Positions 57,519 through 64,000 of a DNA stretch of 64,000 nucleotides are shown one piece after another. How positions within the stretch are numbered: position 1 is the first letter of the stretch; each line of letters opens with the position of its first letter. The notes below the pieces were generated by a model. The model had not been told where the DNA came from. It saw only the letters and a program-made list of their open reading frames with translations, and did not search any database. The position numbers were made by a program, and so were the translations under genes. Source of the DNA: Macrostomum hystrix (Eukaryota > Animalia > Platyhelminthes); assembly GCA_950097015.1 (NCBI GenBank), contig CATNEN010000030.1:1-64000 (forward strand). The letters are read 5' to 3'.

Positions 57519-59110
57519 AAACGCGTAAATGCAAAATTAAAAAACTTTAAATATTATATGCAGACTTTAAATTCTATCAAGCTGTAGATAATTCAAAGGC
57601 AAAAATTTTTTTACAGTTTTTGTTAAAAAATATTTTAAAATCTTCTGCTTGCATTTAAAGCCGTTGTAAAATTGCAAGGATATATTTTCTGTTTGCTGCA
57701 GACCTTTTGATACGATGATAACAGAAAATGGGTAAAATAGGACTTTACGTCTCATAAAGCTTGATTCACACGCCTTTTTTTATGTATTTTTATTTATTGT
57801 CTATTTATATATTTATATATATTTATATTTATGCCGCGTGTGATATTAAATGGGAATTTTTGTACTATAATAATTTAATAATTCAGAATTATATTGTCTT
57901 GGGTAATTTTGTAATTAAAAAATGCTTATGTATATGGTATGAGACACTTGGAATGTTGGTTTAGTTAGTTTCTAGTCATTTCCTTTAAGCCAAAGCGGTA
58001 CAATGTATGTACACTTTAAAACCGGTAAGGTAAGAGTATAACAACAGTAAACAAAGTGAACGAAGTTCTTTGAGTAAAGCATTGGACTACAATACAAAAC
58101 TCGTACATTAAATATTTTTAACTGTTGGTTGGGATGTAAGTTTATTTTATTGACTTTTGTGTTGCTTAGGGAGAGCATTTAAAAAAGGTAGATTTTCAGT
58201 TCTTTTAACTCCGACAGATATCTAATCGTTCAAACCTATTCTGGAACTCTTCCATATTCACCAGATATTTTTAGTATATTCTACTAAAGTAGTTTCAAAA
58301 AAAGTTAATGTTCTTACAATTTTCAAGTTTTTACATATTGAAACACTAAGACCAAGAAGTAAAAATTGTCTTGAAGAAAAATGATATGTATTTTTTGTCT
58401 AACTGCAAAGAGCTGAACATTTACATTCATTTTTTAGATTGCTCTGATATGAAAAAATACTTTTCTGGAAAACGGATTTTTTATAGACTAAATTAAATGT
58501 TTTTTAATTTAATCATCGATTGACGCAATATATTATAACAATGTTAATATCCATGAGATAAATATTACTGGAAACTAATGAGAGTGAATAGGATAGGTAT
58601 TTTACCTAGTATATTAGTAAAATATTTAGTCTGTCTTGCTCTAATAGCCAGTATAGTTAAATATTTTTTATTAGGCATGTAGGTGTACTGGTATTAAAAT
58701 TAAAAAATTTTTAAATTTGCTGAATATTCGTCTTTCTTTATAAATCAATATTATCATCATTATTACCAATATCATATTACCATTATCATAATCATATTAT
58801 GTCGAAATTCGAATAAATTTTATGTCTTTAAATCTGGTTAAAAACTCTGCAATGCTTTTCCTTAGATTCGCATTTACCAAAAATTGTAGGCTATGCTTAG
58901 CTAAATTCTAAAAAATAAGGCCGTGTCTTTTACTGATAGTCGAATGACTTTTTGTAACAAAGATGTTTAATAATGAGCAATTGCTGCAGAATAAAGGTTT
59001 TTTGTAAGACAAATTGTTTTACTGTTGCTCTCATAGTCATAGTCATGCCTTTTTTACACACGTGACTAACTGCTTGTGAAATTAAAACCATAAACATTTC
59101 AGATTGCCGG

Positions 59111-62100
59111 ATGTCAGAGCCAGCTGAGGAAAAGCAGGAGGAAATAGATCCTCCGATCGGAGCTGAGCATGAAGCTTTAGCAGATCAGCCCAGCCATGAA
59201 GAACTTGAAGCTGCCGCCGAAGATACGGCAGTTGCCCCGACCACAGAAACTGAAGAAGAGCCGACAGCAGATGTAGCTCCCGAGGATGAAGATTCCACTG
59301 CAGCTGCTGCGGCTCCTGACGAGGCTACCACCGAAAGTCCCACTGTTGAAGCTGCGCCACAAGAGGCGGAAGTTGATGCCGTCTCTACCAAACCCGCCGG
59401 CGAAGCTGAGGCGTCAGACGAGCAGCCCGAGCAGCTGATGTCTATTGAGCCGTCAGCCGAAGTCATTGCGCGGCCGAGGGGAAAGCCCGTGCGCGAATCT
59501 GACGAAGTCGAGGAAGCCGGAGCCGCTGAAACCGAAGGATCTGAGACGAAGACCGATGATGACGTTGAGGGCGAGGTGGCCGATGCTGAAGTCGGAGAAA
59601 AGCCGCCAACGCCGGCCAGGCGGATTTCGCCGCGTGACAATGAAGGCGAAGGCGGCGAGGAGTACGAAGATGATGGCAAGCAGGTCGAAGAGGACAAGCC
59701 GGCCATCCCGGCCGACTTCTTCTATGACGCCGCAGAGTTCGTCTCCAGGCCGTGCGTCAGCGAAGACTCCGGCCTGCCGGCTGACCTGCTTCAGCTGGCC
59801 CACTCCTATGGCTACGACTGCACAAAGCGTGACAATTTGCACATCTTGGACTCCGAGCACGTCTGCTTCGTGGCTGGCAACCTGGTGAAGGTGGTGAACC
59901 TGAGCACCAAGCAGCAAACTTTCCTTCGAAGCTCCAGCGGCGGCGGTGTCGGCTTTGTAGCCGTACATCCGAGCCGGCAGTACCTGGCGGTGGCCGAGAA
60001 GGGCTCAGCGCCCAACGTGCTGGTGTACGAGTATCCGTCCCTGCGGCTGTACCGCATCTTGCGTGGTGGCACGGAGCGGGCCTACTCATACTGCAAGTTC
60101 AATCCAAGCGGCCAGTACTTGGCCACCGTTGGCTCGGACCCGGACTTCATGCTGACCATCTGGGACTGGCTGAGCGAGCGCACCGTGCTGCGGTCCAAGG
60201 CCTTCTCTCAGGATGTCTACCGGGTCTCCTGGTCGCAGGATCTCGAAGGCTTCCTAACAACTGCCGGCATTGGTCACGTTCGCTTCTGGAAGATGGCGTC
60301 AACTTTCACCGGCCTGAAGCTGCAGGGTGCAATCGGAAAATTTGGCAAGACTGAAATCTCCGACATTGAAGGCTTTGTTGAATTGCCAGACGGCAAGGTC
60401 CTGAGCGGCTGCGAGTGGGGCAACATGCTGGTGTGGGATGGCGGTCTGATCAAGGTAGAGATCGCCAAGAAGGGCAAGCGGCCGGCCCATAATGGACCGA
60501 TTTTTCAGGTGAGACCCAATCTCAAAGTCGGATCAAGCAATTCGTGAACACTTCTCATCATCTAACGAGGGTTTAGAGGCGTTTAGAGCGGTAACACTCT
60601 CGCACCAAAGGTCCCTGAGCTCGAATCCGCGGCGAGGCCTCATAAATTTGGGCCACAGCTGCGAAGAGAAATTTTCGTGGATTTTCATAAAATTTACAAC
60701 CTAAAATGGACAGTGAGAGAGTCAGCTGGCAGGTGTACACATATTTGTGTGTGCTCATGCGTTCAGCGGATCTGAGCAGAGTGAAGCCCTTTGATATTAT
60801 TCCCTTTCATCGTGCAATTCAAGGTTGTGATGGACGCCGGCGAGCTGATGACAGTCGGCATCGACGGTCTCATCCAGACCTGGGACTTTGAAATGATTGA
60901 CACCGCCGAGGCTGTCGACGAGTCCGGCCTGATCGAGATGGAGCCGATGAACGCCTACGAGGTTGGCAACAATGTCCGGCTGGCTCACATTGTCAAGCGG
61001 GTGGCCGCCGACGCGTCGGCATCGGCTGCCGGCGGCGAGGACGAAGGCTCCAGCGAGTGGCTGGCTCAGGACTCTAACGGCGGCATCTGGCGCCTGGATC
61101 TGTCCTTCTCGCACACTGCGCAGCCTCCGGAGCGCCTCCTGTCCTGCCACGCTGGCGCCATCGCCGGTTGCGCAGCCTCGCCCCTGTCTTACCTGGTTGC
61201 CACGCTGGGCGCCGATGGCACCGTGCGAGTGACCGACTTCGTGTCTCACCGGACCCTGGTCGAGAGCCGGTTCAGCGGCACCGGCACGAAGATTATCTGG
61301 GCGCCGCAGACAGTCGATCCCAAGGGTCGCACAATTCTGGCCGGATTCGCCGACGGCGTCCTGCGAGTGCTGAGCTTCGGCGAGAATCCGGAGACAGATC
61401 CCACGCGCAAAGCCAAACAGGTGGCCGAGCTGACGCTGGTGGACGCGATGAAGCCACACACTGGCCGCGTGGTAGACATTGTCCTGGACAAGATGGGCGA
61501 CATGCTGGTCACAGCGGTGAGTGCCTTTGTGTCAGAAGATTTAGGAAAATAAGAAATCCAGTTTTTGATATTTTTTCATATACGATACGAACTGGACCTG
61601 TTCGAAATCCAACTGGACCTATTCGAAATCCAAATGAAATCTAACTAGAACTAGAATTTCTAGTTATCTAGAAATCTATCTAGTTGTTCTCAAACGTCAG
61701 CTTAATATAGCATTTAGAGTTCATTTACTCGTAGCAAAACATTTCGAATTCGTGAATTGCCCGCAGGGCATCGAGCACGAGAGCAGCCACGCCGAGGAGC
61801 AGCAGAGCAGCATCTTTTTCTTTTCCGTGTCGGCCAGCAAGTACACCCCTGTAGGTTTCGTCCGTTTCCAAGGCTACCCGGCCCAGCTGGCCTGGTTAAA
61901 CGCCGACAATGACCAGCAGCCGGACCGGGTTCGGGTGTTCTTCACCGACGGTCGAGTCTGCGACTTCGACTGCCCGGATCCGGCCAAGGTCGACGCCTCC
62001 GTCAGCTACGAGCTGAACGGCTTCGACGTGAAGCAGCGCTTCGCCTTCTCCAGCGTCAAGTCCAAGCTGCGCCGGGCCGAGGAGCTGGAGGAGATCCACC

Positions 62101-62204
62101 GGCTGGAGGCCGAGGAGATCAAGAAGCGGACCGAGGAACGGAAACGGAAGCTGGAGAGAGGCTTGCAGACCGAGGAAGAACAGGCTAAGGAGGTGGAGGA
62201 AGAG
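59111..62204 (+). CDS. CFAP44: Cilia- and flagella-associated protein 44 (WDR52), 5' part
   Basis: Exons 59111-60508, 60824-61516 and 61767-62204, phase 0; acidic N-terminus, then WD40 repeats with CFAP44 motifs HSYGYDCTKRDNL, FWKMASTFTGLKLQGAIGKFGKTEISDIEG, GKVLSGCEWGNMLVW; gene continues to the right. Confidence 0.93.
60567..60665 (+). mobile_element. SINE family A head fragment, CFAP44 intron 1
   Basis: TCTCGCACCAAAGGTCCCTGAGCTCGAATCCGCGGCGAGGCC matches the family A tRNA head. Confidence 0.75.
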
Positions 62205-62304
62205 GTGAGAGCTTTTTAATGGGGCCTAAGAGCCGTTAACCCACAATCGGCCTGATTGCGGCCTGCTCCACATCACCTTGCCCCAAACTCCTTTGTCTGG
62301 TAAG

Positions 62305-62500
62305 CCCCCTAGCCGATAAATCCCCCTAACCGCTAAACCCCCCTAGCCGCTAAACCCCCTTGCCGCTAAACCCCCTTGCCGCTAAACCCCCTTGCCGCTA
62401 AACCCCATTGCCGCTAAACCCCCTAGCCGCTAAACCCCATTGCCGCTAAACCCCCTTGCCGCTAAATTCCTTGCCGCTAAACCCCATTGCCGACAAAAAT
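62305..62500. repeat. ~17-bp C-rich minisatellite, CFAP44 intron 3
   Basis: Unit GCCGCTAAACCCCCT(T/A). Confidence 0.88.
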
Positions 62501-63011
62501 CCTAGCTGCCTAACTCCCTTGCCGTCCAAACGTCTTGCCGCTAAACCCTTAGCGCCACTCCCCCTTGCCGCCAAACCCACTTGGCACCAAGCCCCCGTAC
62601 CACCTAGCCAACCCTCCAGTCGCAAAAACAATAACCGAAAGATTTGAGTGCAACGCTGAATTTTAGTCCGCAATCAGAGAAGCATCAGTCCAGGAGGCGA
62701 TTAACTTTGTAAGGCCACAAATGTCAATCAGAGAGTTCCCAGAGTTGCCACTTATTTTCCCTTAATCAAGTCGTGTGGTGTGTCCCTCCATGCATCATTG
62801 CCCGCTTCACTAACCAGTGTATCCACCGCCAAAATGTTTTCGCCCGTTCAGTTAACTTCACTGCCGCCCTGCTATTCACATTAATTTTTTTAGCGTCAAG
62901 AACGATTTCAAATTTATTAGCGACTTCTGGGGTTAATTAGTTTGCGGATTAGATTATTGAGAACGGACTGCTAAACATCAGCTCAACATCTTTCTTTCTG
63001 AGGACCAGAGG

Positions 63012-63745
63012 TGAGAAGGGACCAATGAGAGAAGAACAGTCATTAGAAGGGACCAATCAGAGAAGAACAGTCGTTAGAAGGGACCAATCAGAGAAGAACA
63101 GTCATTAGAAGGGACCAATCAGAGAAGAACAGTCATTAGAAGGGACTAATCAGAGAAGAACAGTCATTAGAAGGGACCAATCAGAGAAGAACAGTCGTTA
63201 GAAGGGACCAATCAGAGAAGAACAGTCATTAGAAGGGACCAATCAGAGAAGAACAGTCGTTAGAAGGGACCAATCAGAGAAGAACAGTCATTAGAAGGGA
63301 CCAGTCAGAGAAGAACAGTCGTGAGAAGGGACCAATCAGAGAAGAACAATCGTGAGAAGGGACCAATCAGAGAAGAACAGTCATTAGAAGGGACCAATCA
63401 GAGAAGAACAGTATTAGAAGGGACCAATCAGAGAAGAACAGTCATTAGAAGGGACCAATCAGAGAAGAACAGTCATTAGAAGGGACCCATCAGAGAAGAA
63501 CAGTCGTGAGAAGGGACCAATCAGAGAAGAACAGTCGTTAGAAGGGACCAATCAGAGAAGAACAGTCGTGAGAAGGGACCAATCATAGAAGAACAGTCAT
63601 TAGAAGGGACCAATCAGAGAAGAACAGTATTAGAAGGGACCAATCAGAGAAGAACAGTCATTATAAGGGACCAATCAGAGAAGAACAGTCATTAGAAGGG
63701 ACCAATCAGAGAAGAACAGTCATTAGAAGGGACCAATCAGAGAAG
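63012..63745. repeat. 31-bp CCAAT-containing minisatellite, ~23 copies
   Basis: Unit GAAGGGACCAATCAGAGAAGAACAGTCATTA. Confidence 0.96.
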
Positions 63746-64000
63746 GCAAGTAGCGAGAAAGGCCGCATTTATGAAAAATTGTCATGGAATGTTAAATAAT
63801 CTATTATAACTAGTAGTCCCTAAAATGAGCACACGGGTGGTACTAACTTTCTTGAAATATAGTTTTGCAAAAGTAAATAGAAAAACAGGACGACTTGGAC
63901 CTTCTAGTACTAACATAAAAAATATCAAACTAAAAGTAAATTTTGTGCGTCGTTATATCGGTTAGTTTAGTTAAACTGTATGTTTGGGCATTTAGCGTTA

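Noticed and set aside
53322-61644. Antisense and alternate-frame ORFs over CCDC170, CFAP44, LUC7L and the TM gene
   Set aside because: Shadow ORFs expected from GC-rich coding exons.
62305-62500. Telomere-like C-rich repeat
   Set aside because: The unit is GCCGCTAAACCCCC, not tandem CCCTAA.

Overview
Eukaryotic, intron-containing animal DNA. GC-rich, poly-Ala/poly-Gln exons, AT-rich introns and introns filled by minisatellites look like a free-living flatworm such as Macrostomum; this is an inference, not verified. Genes reconstructed by hand from splice sites and reading phase: CHD3/4 (Mi-2) remodeler (-, partial, at least one apparent +1 frameshift), tRNA-His(GUG), a two-exon orphan encoding a tryptophan-heptad coiled coil (+), a single-pass membrane protein (-), an SLC7/LAT-type amino acid transporter (-, 6 exons), LUC7-like (-, 4 exons), CCDC170 (-, 6 exons) and CFAP44 (+, partial, divergent from CCDC170 across an RFX X-box). 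Repeats: about 15 tandem arrays with 15-49 bp units, three tRNA-derived SINE families, an internally deleted Harbinger-like element, and Merlin and hAT remnants. Most long ORFs in the ORF track are artefacts of the tandem repeats. Best leads: the Trp-heptad protein, local CpG-deamination signatures, a candidate LUC7L poison exon, a decayed copy of the LUC7L RS exon upstream of the gene, and splice-site-like repeat units inside introns. Coordinates of repeats and remnants are approximate, read by eye.
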